64,000 nucleotides of DNA from Candidatus Cloacimonadales bacterium (GTDB taxonomy: Bacteria; Cloacimonadota; Cloacimonadia; Cloacimonadales; JAFGVF01), in the NCBI GenBank assembly GCA_963662585.1, contig OY759729.1, positions 1,600,001-1,664,000 on the forward strand. The letters run 5' to 3'. Under the pieces are notes generated by a model, which worked only from the letters and a program-made list of their open reading frames with translations, was not told the origin of the DNA and made no database searches. The position numbers and the translations under genes were made by a program. Shown piece by piece: positions 19,998-31,028 of the stretch; position 1 is the stretch's first letter, and each line of letters opens with the position of its first letter.

Positions 19998-20798
19998 ATG
20001 AAGAAAATTTATAGATATTCAGAACAGAAGTTTTTAAGCTTTACTAAGCAAAAACAAGTGGCAATCATTCAAGAAATGCTAGAAGTTTTAGAGAGGAATT
20101 ATTCTATTAAAGAATATTCTCTAGTTCTGCAGGAGTCTCTTAAAATGTGTTTTGACTTTATTGAAGATAATGATTTATTAGCTAACTTGACTTGGAAGAG
20201 CTATGATTTAACCAAGCTTTCTGATATCATTGAATTACGGGATGAGATATTAAGAAAAGAAGATATTTCTTTAAAAGATACTGATATAATAATAAAAAGA
20301 TATGATTCAGTAAGAGAAGAAAAAGAGAAGTTTCCTTTGGTAATCATATTGGATAATCTAAGGTCAGCATTTAATGTCGGTTCAATAGTTAGAAGTTCAG
20401 AGTGCTTGGGGGTTTCTGAAATTGTTCTTTGTAGCAAAACACCAGGTGCAGAAAATAGAAAAGTGAGAGAGACTTCTATGGGTATTTTAGAGTATATAAA
20501 AATCATCAGATATAAAACAGTCCAAGAAGCTATTTCTGCTTATAGAAAACAAGATTTTGAGATAATTGCCCTAGAACTAACCAATAATTCTATACTATTA
20601 GAAAATTATAGACCAGCTAAAAAAGTTGCTCTTATCTTAGGTAATGAATCCTTAGGAGTAGCTGAAGAGACTATAGCATTATGTGATAAAATTATAGAGA
20701 TTAAAATGTATGGGGTTAAGAATTCCTTAAATGTGAGTAATGCAAGCGCTATTGCGACTCATACTATCATTCAACAAATGGAGGCAAAAAATGATTAA
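19998..20798 (+). CDS. TrmH/SpoU family RNA methyltransferase with N-terminal extension
   Basis: LDNLRSAFNVGSIVRS, LILGNESLGV, IKMYGVKNSLNVSNA. Confidence 0.9.
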   Translation: MKKIYRYSEQKFLSFTKQKQVAIIQEMLEVLERNYSIKEYSLVLQESLKMCFDFIEDNDLLANLTWKSYDLTKLSDIIELRDEILRKEDISLKDTDIIIKRYDSVREEKEKFPLVIILDNLRSAFNVGSIVRSSECLGVSEIVLCSKTPGAENRKVRETSMGILEYIKIIRYKTVQEAISAYRKQDFEIIALELTNNSILLENYRPAKKVALILGNESLGVAEETIALCDKIIEIKMYGVKNSLNVSNASAIATHTIIQQMEAKND

Positions 20799-21351
20799 TA
20801 GAAAAGAAGCTAAAGATATTCTAAGCAAATATTTATTGAAAGAAAGCTTACAAGAACACTGTCTAGCAACAGCACTAGTAATGGAGAAAATTGCAGAAAA
20901 GATTAAAGCCAATCAAGAAGAGTATTTTATTACTGGCTATTTACATGATATTGATTTAGAGCTTGTGGGTGAAGATTTGGAAATTCATGCCAAGAAAGGT
21001 GTAGAAATACTTAAACAATATGATATTCCTGAAAACATCTTGAATGCTATTCTTGCTCATAACAAACATAAAGAGCTTGAGACTGACATTGAAAAGGCTC
21101 TTTGGATTGCCGACCCTGTTAATGGACTAGTAATAGCATCAGCTTTAATGCGACCAGACAAATCTATTTCAACAATGAATCTTAAATCATTAAAGAAGAA
21201 ATATAAATCTAAAAACTTTGCCGCAGGAGTATCTCGCGAACAAATAGAAGATTGTGTACTTTTAGGCTTCTCTTTAGAAGAATACCTACAATTAGCTATG
21301 GATGCACTTGCCCCTCATGAACAAGAATTAGGTCTTGGAACTGGTAACTAA
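20791..21351 (+). CDS. HD/HDIG-domain phosphohydrolase
   Basis: HC...GYLHDID...HA...ILAH...AD; start at ATG 20791 with GGAGG RBS. Confidence 0.88.
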   Translation: MINRKEAKDILSKYLLKESLQEHCLATALVMEKIAEKIKANQEEYFITGYLHDIDLELVGEDLEIHAKKGVEILKQYDIPENILNAILAHNKHKELETDIEKALWIADPVNGLVIASALMRPDKSISTMNLKSLKKKYKSKNFAAGVSREQIEDCVLLGFSLEEYLQLAMDALAPHEQELGLGTGN

Positions 21352-21354
21352 AAA

Positions 21355-21693
21355 ATGAGTAGTCCAACTCTAAGTATTTTCTTGCTAGTAGTTTTTTTAA
21401 TCTTGAATATATTAGATGCTCATTCTACTTGGTTGGTTCTTAAGCCAGACCATTATTATCGAGAAAAAAACATCATAGCAAGATTTTTCTTCCGCAAGTT
21501 AGGTCTTTTCAGAGGAATTGTAATTTTTAAGTCATTCCTTCTGCTTTTATTAGCACTTATAATTAAGTTTTTTCTTCTTCCTGAGTACTTAACCCTTAAT
21601 GTATCAATCGCTATTGGTAACTCAATCTTTCTTATCGTAGTATTAAATAATTATCGAATATTTAGAAGATTAGCTAGATCTAAACTAAGATAA
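21355..21693 (+). CDS. Small membrane protein (DUF5658-like)
   Basis: Three TMs; NILDAHSTW and REKNII motifs. Confidence 0.65.
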   Translation: MSSPTLSIFLLVVFLILNILDAHSTWLVLKPDHYYREKNIIARFFFRKLGLFRGIVIFKSFLLLLLALIIKFFLLPEYLTLNVSIAIGNSIFLIVVLNNYRIFRRLARSKLR

Positions 21694-21703
21694 GTTTGAG
21701 ATT

Positions 21704-22387
21704 CTAAATCAATCCCTCTTCAGCAAAACTAAAGATGTTATCAAAACCTACAACAAAGTGATCTAGTAGTCTTACATTTAGATGCTTAAGAAATGATTTA
21801 AGATTATTGGTTGTTGCTACATCTTGTTCAGAAGGCTTGCTGTCACCTGAAGGATGGTTATGAACCACAATTATTCCAGTAGCTGAGATATTAATGATTT
21901 CTTGAGCAATCAAACGGAAATCTATTAGAGTCTTAGTAGAAATTCCTTTGGAGATAACAGAATCTTTTAAAAGGATATTTTTACTATTTAAGTATAATAC
22001 TCTAAATTCCTCATTTTTCACTCCCCGATATTTAAGGATCAAATAGTTTTGAACCGCTTCTACAGACTTAAAAACATGGATGCGGTTCATTTTCTCTTTC
22101 AACAAATAGACATTTACATCCTTAAAAAGCTTTATCGTAGTAGCTGTTTTTAGCCCAACTCCTGTTACTCCTTGTAAATCAGAAACTGAGGCATTCATTA
22201 CTGAATTAAGTCCTCCAAAAGTATCCAATAATGTCTTTGCTAATATTTTAGTATCTTTGCGTATTATAGTCAGAGATAGAATTAATTCTAATATTTCATA
22301 AGGTTGAAAATTATCTAGCGTTTCATTTGTATATCTTGTTTGTAACCTATTCTTGTGACCTTCCTGGTATTTCCTTTCAGCAACCAA
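21704..22387 (-). CDS. radC: RadC family JAB/MPN-domain protein
   Basis: GH..RL..RY, HhH segment, EEFRVLYLN, HNHPSGDSKPSEQD, LLDHFVV. Confidence 0.93.
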   Translation of the reverse strand: MVAERKYQEGHKNRLQTRYTNETLDNFQPYEILELILSLTIIRKDTKILAKTLLDTFGGLNSVMNASVSDLQGVTGVGLKTATTIKLFKDVNVYLLKEKMNRIHVFKSVEAVQNYLILKYRGVKNEEFRVLYLNSKNILLKDSVISKGISTKTLIDFRLIAQEIINISATGIIVVHNHPSGDSKPSEQDVATTNNLKSFLKHLNVRLLDHFVVGFDNIFSFAEEGLI

Positions 22388-22415
22388 AACTCCTCCATAT
22401 AACCTAAAATAAAAT

Positions 22416-22447
22416 AAAAAGTGCGAAACAGGAAAAACCTGTCTCGC
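22416..22447 (-). terminator. Intrinsic terminator after purE
   Basis: Minus-strand gcgagacagg-ttttt-cctgtttcgc hairpin followed by acttttt. Confidence 0.65.
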
Positions 22448-22457
22448 GTTAAAGTAA

Positions 22458-22910
22458 TTATTTGCTTTGTTCGTTTCTAAAATTTATAAGTTTTTCTTCA
22501 ATATCTTTGTGTTTAAGGGCAAGAATTTGAGCAGCAAGAATAGCAGCATTTTTTCCACCATTAATAGCAACAGTTGCTACTGGAATTCCCGTAGGCATTT
22601 GAACAATAGACAATAGAGCATCTTCACCTGATAAAGTAGCACCTTGAAAAGGTACACCAATTACAGGAAGAGATGTATGAGAGGCAACAACACCTGGCAA
22701 GTGAGCTGCCATTCCTGCTCCAGCTATCATAACTTCGATTCCCTCTTCTTTAGCGTTCTTTGCAAGAAGCATTGTTTGTTCAGGCTTACGATGAGCTGAA
22801 GAGACATAAAAGTCATATTCAATACCGAATAATTCTAAGTACTCTAAGATTTTGTTAGCTTGTTCTTGATCTGATTTACTTCCGATTAATACACGAACTA
22901 ATTTAGACAT
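22458..22910 (-). CDS. purE: N5-carboxyaminoimidazole ribonucleotide mutase
   Basis: [43 protein letters not shown]. Confidence 0.97.
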   Translation of the reverse strand: MSKLVRVLIGSKSDQEQANKILEYLELFGIEYDFYVSSAHRKPEQTMLLAKNAKEEGIEVMIAGAGMAAHLPGVVASHTSLPVIGVPFQGATLSGEDALLSIVQMPTGIPVATVAINGGKNAAILAAQILALKHKDIEEKLINFRNEQSK

Positions 22911-22936
22911 TAATTATACTCCTAAAATTTATTAAT

Positions 22937-23593
22937 TTAAATATCAGCTAATAAACTGTGGATTTCATTTAGATTTGTACTTGCATTTAATACTTTGATA
23001 TTTGCATCATTTAACATAATTTTAGATAAGTAAGAGAGAGAAAAAAGATGTTGCTTATCATCATGTAAAAGAAGCATAAAAAAGAGTGTAACTGGTTTCT
23101 CGTCAGGAGAATCAAAATCTACACCTTCAGGACATCTGCCAAATAAAACTGTAGGTTTTTTTATCTTGGTCGGATGAAGATGGCGAGGATGCAATAAAGC
23201 CACCCCATTTCCAACAGCAGTTGAAACTAACTCTTCACGAGCAACAACAACTTCGTACAACCATCTAGCATCTTTAACAAGCTTTAACTCTTTTGCTTTT
23301 TCTGACATTACTCTAATAGCTTCATATTTAGTCTTTGCTTCAAAGTCTAAGAAAATACATTCAGGTCTAAAGTACTCTCTAAAACGACAAACAGTTTTTT
23401 TCATAGCTAGATCTTTAACTTCCTGCTCGTTAAGACTCTCTAACCAACTATCAATTGATACAACATCAAGTTTTACTACTTTACCTACTGTTTTAACATC
23501 GAAAAGTTTTTGTGAAATCATTTCATCAATAACACTTTCAGTTACTTTTAGGTATTCAGCTGCCTCACTCTTGGTGAGTAACTTTTTCTCCAT
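22937..23593 (-). CDS. HTH (excisionase-like) fused PTS IIA(Ntr)-like protein
   Basis: N-terminal LLTKSEAAEYLKV; C-terminal REELVSTAVGNGVALLHP and GVDFDSPD. Confidence 0.85.
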   Translation of the reverse strand: MEKKLLTKSEAAEYLKVTESVIDEMISQKLFDVKTVGKVVKLDVVSIDSWLESLNEQEVKDLAMKKTVCRFREYFRPECIFLDFEAKTKYEAIRVMSEKAKELKLVKDARWLYEVVVAREELVSTAVGNGVALLHPRHLHPTKIKKPTVLFGRCPEGVDFDSPDEKPVTLFFMLLLHDDKQHLFSLSYLSKIMLNDANIKVLNASTNLNEIHSLLADI

Positions 23594-23806
23594 CGTTCCT
23601 CCACTTTTTTGTTTATTATTTAATAATTATTCGCTAATTTTGAGATTAATATATTCACTAAGTGAATGTTGAAAGTTAAGATCTTTTTCATATTATGATT
23701 AATCAATTTAGATTGTTAAGCTTTCCAACAATCTTTAATATTTATATTTAAAGTACATTTCTAAACTATTTCTTGACAAATACAATAATTAATAGACCTT
23801 ATATTC

Positions 23807-24316
23807 ATGGTCAAGAAATTTATTAAATATTTTATTGTAATTAGTCTGATTTCCTTGTTTGGATGCAGTTATTCGCTCAGAACAAATCAATATCCATATC
23901 TAAAAACTATTAGGATTTTACCTGTAGAGAATAGAACTACCGAGAGTGATATTGATTTAGAAGTCTCTGAATATTTATCAGAGAGTTTTCAAAAAGATGG
24001 GAGATTATTGCAAGTAACAGAAAACCCAGATGTTCTATTAGAATGTGCTGTAACATTCTACGAAGAGATAATATATAGCTCTGATAGTGCTAATAATGTT
24101 GAGGAGTATCAAGTTAAAATGAACTTCTCAGTAAAAATGACTGATTTGATTAACGACAGAGCTCTATATGAGAATAAAAGATTAGCACTTGCACAGCGTT
24201 ATGCAGTTAATAATGCCATTACGAGTGCAGATTATGATAATAGAGATGATGCAGAAACAGGTATCTATGATGAACTGTTCACGAAAATAATACAAAATAC
24301 ATTGGAAGATTGGTAA
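23807..24316 (+). CDS. lptE: LptE-like LPS assembly lipoprotein
   Basis: Lipobox LFG-C-SYS, KTIRILPVENRT, ends W; typical FCB-type LptE layout. Confidence 0.7.
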   Translation: MVKKFIKYFIVISLISLFGCSYSLRTNQYPYLKTIRILPVENRTTESDIDLEVSEYLSESFQKDGRLLQVTENPDVLLECAVTFYEEIIYSSDSANNVEEYQVKMNFSVKMTDLINDRALYENKRLALAQRYAVNNAITSADYDNRDDAETGIYDELFTKIIQNTLEDW

Positions 24317-25024
24317 ATGAGAATTAATAAGTATTTAGCTAAGAGTACAGGTTGCTCAAGAAGAAAGGCAGAAGAGCTGATTTTAGCAGGTAAAGTCAGA
24401 ATTAATAACAAAGTTTGTAATGACTTAGCAACAGTTGTACTCGAACATGATGATAAAATAGAGTTAGAGGGAAAAGTTATCTCTTTAGATATCCCCCTAT
24501 TATATATAATGATGAATAAACCCAAAGGTTTAGTTGTTACCAGATCCGATGAGTATGATAGAAAGACTATCTATACTATATTACCTCCTGAATTTGATTT
24601 TGTTAAACCAGTGGGTAGATTAGACAAAGATTCTGAAGGTCTCTTATTATTAACAAATGATGGTGAATTGATTAATAAAATTCTACATCCAAAATATAAG
24701 TTGGAGAAAGTTTATCAAGTTACTGTAGCAGGTAAAGTTAATAACGGACAACTAACTAAATTGAGAGAAGGAATTGATATTGGTGATGGAGTTACTCTCC
24801 CCGCAGGTGTCTATATTAGAAAGAATTACGAGAGAAAAACTATGCTCAAGTTTGTGCTTAGAGAAGGTAGAAAAAGGCAGATTAGACGCATGTTAGAAAG
24901 CGTAGAATTAAAAGTACTTGGATTAAGAAGGACCCAGATTGGCGAGATTCAATTAGGCCAATTACCACAAGGTCAGTGGAGATATTTGACTAGACAAGAA
25001 ATAAATTATTTAAAGAAAGATTAA
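24317..25024 (+). CDS. rluB: RsuA/RluB family pseudouridine synthase
   Basis: S4 domain MRINKYLA..SRRKAE, NKPKG, VGRLDKDSEGLLLLTNDG, EGRKRQIRRM. Confidence 0.9.
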   Translation: MRINKYLAKSTGCSRRKAEELILAGKVRINNKVCNDLATVVLEHDDKIELEGKVISLDIPLLYIMMNKPKGLVVTRSDEYDRKTIYTILPPEFDFVKPVGRLDKDSEGLLLLTNDGELINKILHPKYKLEKVYQVTVAGKVNNGQLTKLREGIDIGDGVTLPAGVYIRKNYERKTMLKFVLREGRKRQIRRMLESVELKVLGLRRTQIGEIQLGQLPQGQWRYLTRQEINYLKKD

Positions 25025-25038
25025 TAGAGGGAGAGGTT

Positions 25039-26118
25039 ATGAGAATAGGATTAATAGGATTGCCCAAGAGTGGCAAAACAACAATATTTAATGCTTTAAC
25101 AGGAATGAATATTGAAGTTAGTGCTTACGGACAAGGAGAGTCAGAGCCTAACCAATCAATTATAAATGTTATTGATGAGCGAATTACAAAATTATCGGAT
25201 ATGTATAATCCTAAAAAAACAATATATGCCACTATAGAATATGTTGATTTTGCTGGAGTTAATAAAAGTGATCAGAGACAGGAATTAATGTCTGGTCAGG
25301 GTATGGTATTACTAAAAAATACAGATGCTTTAGCTTTAGTTGCTAGACAGTTTTCTGAGCCAGTCTTAGATGAAATGTATGGAGAGGCAGACCCTGTTGC
25401 TGAAGTAGAGACTATTGAAGCTGAAATGATTATTTCAGATTTAATTATCGCTGAGAAAAGATTAGAAAAAATAGCTTTAAGTTATAAAAGAGGTATCAAG
25501 ACCCCTGCTTTACAGATTGAAGAGAAAGCAATTAATAGCGTTATTGAGCATCTTAATGCTGAAAAACCTTTAAGAACTTTAGAGCTTCCTGAAGAGGAAG
25601 AGAAATCTATCAGAGGTTTTCAATTTGTCAGTCAAAAACCACTATTAGTTATCCTTAATACTGATGAGAATAGTTATCATCAGAATCAAGATATTATTGA
25701 TCAGTTTGCTGAAAAATACCCCATCTTAGAATTTGCTGGTAAATTTGAATCTGAGCTTAATAGTTTAGATGATGAAGAAAGGGAAATATTTATGGAAGAC
25801 ATGGGTATTGAAACTTCCGCCCGTGACACGCTAACAAAATTTTCTTATGATATCTTAGGCTATTTAAGCTTTTTTACTGTAGGTACAGATGAAGTAAGGG
25901 CTTGGACTATTGAGAAAAGCTCTAATGCGGTAGAAGCTGCAGGTAAAATTCATTCAGATTTAGCTCGTGGTTTTATTAGAGCTGAGTGTTTTAACTATGA
26001 TGATTTAATCTCACTTGGTAGCGAAAAAGCTTTAAGAGATAAAGGATTATTCCGTTTAGAAGGAAAGAATTATATAGTAAAAGATGGAGATATCTTAAAT
26101 ATTAGATTCAATGTTTAG
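25039..26118 (+). CDS. ychF: Redox-regulated ATPase YchF
   Basis: GLPKSGKTT, DFAG, FFTVGTDEVRAW, AAGKIHSD, GFIRAE, LEGKNYIVKDGD. Confidence 0.95.
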   Translation: MRIGLIGLPKSGKTTIFNALTGMNIEVSAYGQGESEPNQSIINVIDERITKLSDMYNPKKTIYATIEYVDFAGVNKSDQRQELMSGQGMVLLKNTDALALVARQFSEPVLDEMYGEADPVAEVETIEAEMIISDLIIAEKRLEKIALSYKRGIKTPALQIEEKAINSVIEHLNAEKPLRTLELPEEEEKSIRGFQFVSQKPLLVILNTDENSYHQNQDIIDQFAEKYPILEFAGKFESELNSLDDEEREIFMEDMGIETSARDTLTKFSYDILGYLSFFTVGTDEVRAWTIEKSSNAVEAAGKIHSDLARGFIRAECFNYDDLISLGSEKALRDKGLFRLEGKNYIVKDGDILNIRFNV

Positions 26119-26137
26119 AAATAAGGAAACTTAAATT

Positions 26138-28534
26138 ATGGCAAAAAAAGTAAAAAAAGAGACCCCAAGGATAAAAACTCCGTTTCTTAAAGCAGTAGCT
26201 ATAAAAATACTAAGAGTTGTTGCAATAATATTCTGTTCTTTAATGATATATGCTCTAATAATAGACAACATTACTCTTGTAAGTGATTATGAAGTTATTA
26301 CCCTAAAAGCACAAGCTGATGGTATTTTCTCCATTTTTGAAGGAGGGTTAAACTTAGATAACTTTGTTGGTCCTCTTGGTGCAACTTTGGGCTATTGGCT
26401 TTCTTATTTATTTGGGCACTATTTAGTTATCATCTTAATGTTAGGAATCATTATTAAGAATATGATTGCTCTTTTTGGAAGCAAAAATAGTGAACTACGC
26501 CATAATATTACCCTTTTCATGGGATTTTTCTTCTTTATCCAGCTCTTGATGACTAATTTTAATTTGGCTGGTCCTCAAGTGCTAAATGGAGTAATTTCTC
26601 AAGGCATAAACAATGGACTTATCAAAATTATTGGAATAAAGGGAACTACCGCATTCTTAATAATATCTTTAATTTTAGATATTTTACTTATTTTTGGTTG
26701 GGATCCTGTTAAAACAACTTTTATTGCTGTAGGTAAGACACTTTTATACCCCTTCTTTCGTAAAAGAAATGGTAATGAGGATGAGATTGAAGAACCTGAA
26801 ATAAAGAGGGATAGAAGAAAAGTAACTGCAGATCCTGAGCCTATTAAAGCATCAAAGGTTATTCCAGAAATTGCTATTAATAATCATAAAGATAATACTG
26901 AAACTGTAGATTTTCCTGATGAAGAAGCTAACGAGAATGTAGAGGAAGTTTCTCCCAGGCAAATAAAGAAAGAAGATGAATATAAAATTAATCAACCTGA
27001 GCTAAGCAAACTCGTAGCAATTAAAAAGAGTAAACCAGCAACTATTGAAGGAGAAGCTGGTAAAATTGAGAAGTATATCAAGCCTGATATGGATAAATTC
27101 TTAAAAATAGATAAAAAAGCTACTGATTATGACAAAAGTGAAATAGAAGCTAATATCAAGAAAACTAGTGCTATTCTAAGAGAAAAATTAGCCGAGTTTG
27201 GTATCGAAGCTGAAGTCGTAAATGTCAATATTGGTCCTATTATTACCCAGTACGAGCTTAAGCCTGCCCCAGGAATAAAAGTCACTAAATTTACCTCTTA
27301 TGCTGATGATTTAGGACTTGCCTTAAAAGCTACTTCTATAAGAATTCAAGCCCCAATTCCTGGTAGAGGACTTGTAGGCATAGAGATACCTAACAAACAT
27401 CGTGATGTTATTTATCTTAAAGAAGTACTTATGTCTGAAGAAATGAAAAAGAATGATAATACTCTCACAATTGGTTTAGGAAAAGATATCTCTGGTAGAG
27501 CAGTAGTTGCTGATTTAGCCAAGATGCCTCACATGTTAATTGCTGGTGCAACAGGTTCTGGTAAATCTGTTTGTATCAACACTATAATTTTGAGTCTTTT
27601 GTTAAGAACAACTCCTGATGAAGTAAGATTGATTATGATCGATCCTAAAAGGGTTGAATTAGCTGGTTATGGGGATATTCCTCATCTTTGGACAGATGTT
27701 GTTACTGACCCTGAAGAGGCCTTAGAAACCTTTAAATGGGCTGTTGATGAGATGGAAAGAAGATATAGTCAGCTTCAAGAACTAAAAGTAAGAGAGAGAG
27801 AAAGCTATAACAATAAAGTAGAGAAATTAAATGCAAAACTAAAACCTGGTGAAGAGGCTGAGTATCAAAAGATGCCTTTCATTGTTATTATCGTGGATGA
27901 GTTTGCTGATTTAATTATGACTGCTGGTAAGGAGATTGAGTTACCAATAACTAGATTAGCACAGATGGCTCGTGCAGTTGGTATGCATATAATTCTTGCT
28001 ACTCAAAGACCTTCTATCAAGGTTATTACTGGTATTATTAAGGCTAATTTCCCTGCAAGAATAGCTTTCCAAGTTTCTTCACGAGTTGATTCACGAGTTA
28101 TTCTAGATGAAATGGGTGCAGAAAAACTTTTAGGAAAAGGTGATATGCTCTTTGTTCCACCTGGAACTAGTAGTATTCAAAGAATTCATGGAGCTTATGT
28201 TTCTGATAGTGAAATTAATCAGGTTATTGAGTATTTAGAAACGCAACCAAAACCTGCTTTCAGAATGGAAAAAATGATAGCTAAACCTGATGATATGGAA
28301 GCTTTTGATTATGATGATGAACTCTTCTTAGATGCTGCAAGATTAATAATAACTTCTGATGTAGCTTCGGTTTCTATGCTTCAAAGAAGTTTCAAGATTG
28401 GTTATGCTAGGGCAGGAAGACTAATTGATATGCTTGAACAAGCTAATATTGTTGGGCCTCATAAGGGATCTAAGTCTAGAGAAGTAATCGCAACTATGGA
28501 TGATTTAAAAGTTTATGGACTTGATGATGAATAG
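26138..28534 (+). CDS. ftsK: DNA translocase FtsK/SpoIIIE
   Basis: 4TM N-terminus, PHMLIAGATGSGKS, DPKRVEL, VDEFADL, LATQRPS, gamma domain IGYARAGRLID. Confidence 0.97.
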   Translation: MAKKVKKETPRIKTPFLKAVAIKILRVVAIIFCSLMIYALIIDNITLVSDYEVITLKAQADGIFSIFEGGLNLDNFVGPLGATLGYWLSYLFGHYLVIILMLGIIIKNMIALFGSKNSELRHNITLFMGFFFFIQLLMTNFNLAGPQVLNGVISQGINNGLIKIIGIKGTTAFLIISLILDILLIFGWDPVKTTFIAVGKTLLYPFFRKRNGNEDEIEEPEIKRDRRKVTADPEPIKASKVIPEIAINNHKDNTETVDFPDEEANENVEEVSPRQIKKEDEYKINQPELSKLVAIKKSKPATIEGEAGKIEKYIKPDMDKFLKIDKKATDYDKSEIEANIKKTSAILREKLAEFGIEAEVVNVNIGPIITQYELKPAPGIKVTKFTSYADDLGLALKATSIRIQAPIPGRGLVGIEIPNKHRDVIYLKEVLMSEEMKKNDNTLTIGLGKDISGRAVVADLAKMPHMLIAGATGSGKSVCINTIILSLLLRTTPDEVRLIMIDPKRVELAGYGDIPHLWTDVVTDPEEALETFKWAVDEMERRYSQLQELKVRERESYNNKVEKLNAKLKPGEEAEYQKMPFIVIIVDEFADLIMTAGKEIELPITRLAQMARAVGMHIILATQRPSIKVITGIIKANFPARIAFQVSSRVDSRVILDEMGAEKLLGKGDMLFVPPGTSSIQRIHGAYVSDSEINQVIEYLETQPKPAFRMEKMIAKPDDMEAFDYDDELFLDAARLIITSDVASVSMLQRSFKIGYARAGRLIDMLEQANIVGPHKGSKSREVIATMDDLKVYGLDDE

Positions 28535-29153
28535 ATTATTTACTCTTATATTGCTAGTTTCAGCAAGTTTCCTTTTTGCTATTAATCCTTCTGACTTGTA
28601 TCAAGAGCTGATAAATAAATATGGCCAAGTAGAGACTTTTCAAGCAGATTTGCAACAAACTTCCTACTATTCTGAAATTGATTATACAAATATTTCCCAA
28701 GGAAAAATCTACTATAATCCTAATAATATTTTCATTGAATATACTAGCCCTAAAGCAGAAAAGATATCTCTGTCAGACGATCTAGTAAAAATATATCAAG
28801 TAGAACCTGATAGAATGATTATGACTTATGCAGATTCCTCTTTTGTATCCCTGAACATGAAATATCTTATTGAAAGAATATGGAATGATGAATTGGTAGA
28901 ATTAACAGAAGATGAAAGCTATTATATTGTTAAAGTAGAACTTACTGAACAAAACTCAATAGCTAATATTGAAAATATTGAATTTGCAATTGACAAAAAA
29001 GAAAAGATAGTGCAAAAAGTTAAATATCTAGATAACTCAGCAAATGAGGTCCAAGTTCTTTTTTCAAATATAAGATTAAATGAAGCTTTACCTGATAATT
29101 TCTGGGAAATTGAAACTACAGAAAATACGCAAATTATTGATTATAGAGAATAA
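28524..29153 (+). CDS. lolA: Outer membrane lipoprotein carrier LolA-like
   Basis: Signal peptide, TFQADLQQ, SQGKIYY, IEYTSP; directly after ftsK (conserved synteny). Start could be 28515, 28524 or 28527. Confidence 0.75.
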   Translation: MMNRLFTLILLVSASFLFAINPSDLYQELINKYGQVETFQADLQQTSYYSEIDYTNISQGKIYYNPNNIFIEYTSPKAEKISLSDDLVKIYQVEPDRMIMTYADSSFVSLNMKYLIERIWNDELVELTEDESYYIVKVELTEQNSIANIENIEFAIDKKEKIVQKVKYLDNSANEVQVLFSNIRLNEALPDNFWEIETTENTQIIDYRE

Positions 29154-29172
29154 TATTTAAAGGAGAAGTTTT

Positions 29173-30225
29173 ATGATTGCAGTAATTATGGCTGGTGGTT
29201 CCGGAACTAGATTCTGGCCTCAAAGTAGAATGATTAGACCCAAACAGTTCTTAGAAGTAGTTGGTGAAAAATCAATGATTAGACTCACCATGGATAGACT
29301 ATTAGCAGAGTTACCAACTGAAAAAATCTTTGTAGTTACTGCTGAATCTCAAGTAAGCTTAGTTAAAAAGCACTTACCTGAATTACCATCTAAAAACATA
29401 ATCATTGAACCTTTTGGCATGAATACTGCTCCTTGTATTGCTTTAAGTTATGCCTATATCAAAAGATTTGCTTCCTTAAATGAAACCATGGTTGTGCTCC
29501 CAGCTGACCATCTAATTACCAAAATAGATGCTTTTTTAGAAAACATCAATAAGTCCCAAGAATTAGCAAGAGCTGGCTACTTAGTCACTTTTGGTATTAT
29601 TCCTAGCTACCCAGCAACCGGTTATGGCTATATTCAAGCTGACGAAAAAGCAAATGACTTCAGCTATAAAGTTGCTCAATTTAAAGAAAAACCTAATTAT
29701 GAGACTGCTCAAGACTTCCTCAAAGCTGGTAATTTCTTCTGGAATAGTGGAATGTTTGCTTGGACTCTTGGCCACATTGAAGAGAGCTATCGCGAATATT
29801 TACCTGAAGTAACAGATGTTTTAGATTTAATTGAAGCAGAATGGAATAAGAATGGTGAGAAATCTGATATTTCCGAGATTTATGCCCAAATGCCTAAAAT
29901 ACCTGTTGATATTGGAATCATGGAAAAAGCTAAGAAAAGAGCTGTTATTCCTGTTGACCTAGGCTGGAGTGATGTTGGATCATGGAGAGCTTTAGCTGAT
30001 ATCTCAGAAACAGATGATAACAATAACACTATTCAAGCCAATTCTTTTGTCATAGACTCTAAAGGTAATTATATTCGTTCTAATAAGTTTGTTGCTCTTA
30101 TTGGAGTTGATGATATGGTTCTAGTAGAAACAGATGATGCTATCCTTGTGTCAAAAAAAGAGAGAGCTGAAGAAGTTAAGAAAGTTGTAGATTACTTAAA
30201 AGAAAATAATGAGAAACTACTCTAA
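29173..30225 (+). CDS. manC: Mannose-1-phosphate guanylyltransferase
   Basis: IMAGGSGTRFWPQSR..PKQF, EP.GMNTAP, PADH, TGYGYI, FKEKP, WNSGMF, WSDVGSW. Confidence 0.93.
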   Translation: MIAVIMAGGSGTRFWPQSRMIRPKQFLEVVGEKSMIRLTMDRLLAELPTEKIFVVTAESQVSLVKKHLPELPSKNIIIEPFGMNTAPCIALSYAYIKRFASLNETMVVLPADHLITKIDAFLENINKSQELARAGYLVTFGIIPSYPATGYGYIQADEKANDFSYKVAQFKEKPNYETAQDFLKAGNFFWNSGMFAWTLGHIEESYREYLPEVTDVLDLIEAEWNKNGEKSDISEIYAQMPKIPVDIGIMEKAKKRAVIPVDLGWSDVGSWRALADISETDDNNNTIQANSFVIDSKGNYIRSNKFVALIGVDDMVLVETDDAILVSKKERAEEVKKVVDYLKENNEKLL

Positions 30226-31028
30226 TGAAAGAAGAAAAGCTTTTTAATAAATCGATAATAGGAATGCTTCATGTGCAAGCACTTCCTGCTACTCCAAAGA
30301 ACTATCTTTCCATGCCTGAAATAATTGACTTCACTCTTAAAGAGGCGGAACTCTATCTTAAATATGGGATAGATACACTGATTATTGAAAATATGCATGA
30401 CATACCCTACTTGAACAGAGAAGTAGGTCCTGAAATTACTTCTGCAATGGCAATTATAGCCTACGCCTTAAAAGAACGACTTTCACTTAATTTAGGAATA
30501 CAAATTTTAGCCGGAGCTAATAAAGAGGCACTTGCTGCCGCTTTTTGCTCCGGTGCTGATTTTATCAGAGCTGAAGGATTTGTCTTCTCTCATGTTGCTG
30601 ATGAAGGCTTAATGAATTCTTGTGCTGGAGAATTGCTTAGGTATCGTAAAGCTATAGGTGCTGATCATATTAAAATTATCACAGACATTAAGAAAAAGCA
30701 CTCAGCTCACACAATTACAGCAGATGTTGATATTGTGGAGACAGCTAAGGCGGCTCAGTTCTTCGCTGCAGATGGAGTAATTATTACAGGTTCTTCTACA
30801 GGTGTTAGTGCTGATTTAGATGAGTTAAAAAATGTTAAAAAGAATATTAATATACCAGTATTAATCGGTTCAGGAATTACTGATGAAAATCTTCTTTCTT
30901 ACTTGGAATTTGCTGATGGATTAATAATTGGTTCTTACTTTAAGGAAAAAGGGTATTGGGAAAATAGTATTTCTAAAGAGAGAGTGAAGAAAGTCTTGGA
31001 AAGGTATAAGTCTATTTATCGAACATAA
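30225..31028 (+). CDS. btpA: BtpA/SgcQ family protein
   Basis: IIGMLHV.ALP, IENMHDIPY, ADFIR, DIKKKHS, ADGVIITG, IGSG. Confidence 0.9.
   Translation: MKEEKLFNKSIIGMLHVQALPATPKNYLSMPEIIDFTLKEAELYLKYGIDTLIIENMHDIPYLNREVGPEITSAMAIIAYALKERLSLNLGIQILAGANKEALAAAFCSGADFIRAEGFVFSHVADEGLMNSCAGELLRYRKAIGADHIKIITDIKKKHSAHTITADVDIVETAKAAQFFAADGVIITGSSTGVSADLDELKNVKKNINIPVLIGSGITDENLLSYLEFADGLIIGSYFKEKGYWENSISKERVKKVLERYKSIYRT

Noticed and set aside
21704..23593. Prophage or ICE suggested by radC and an excisionase-like HTH
   Set aside because: radC is the full-length chromosomal type, the HTH is fused to PTS IIA, purE lies between them, and no integrase or att site was seen.
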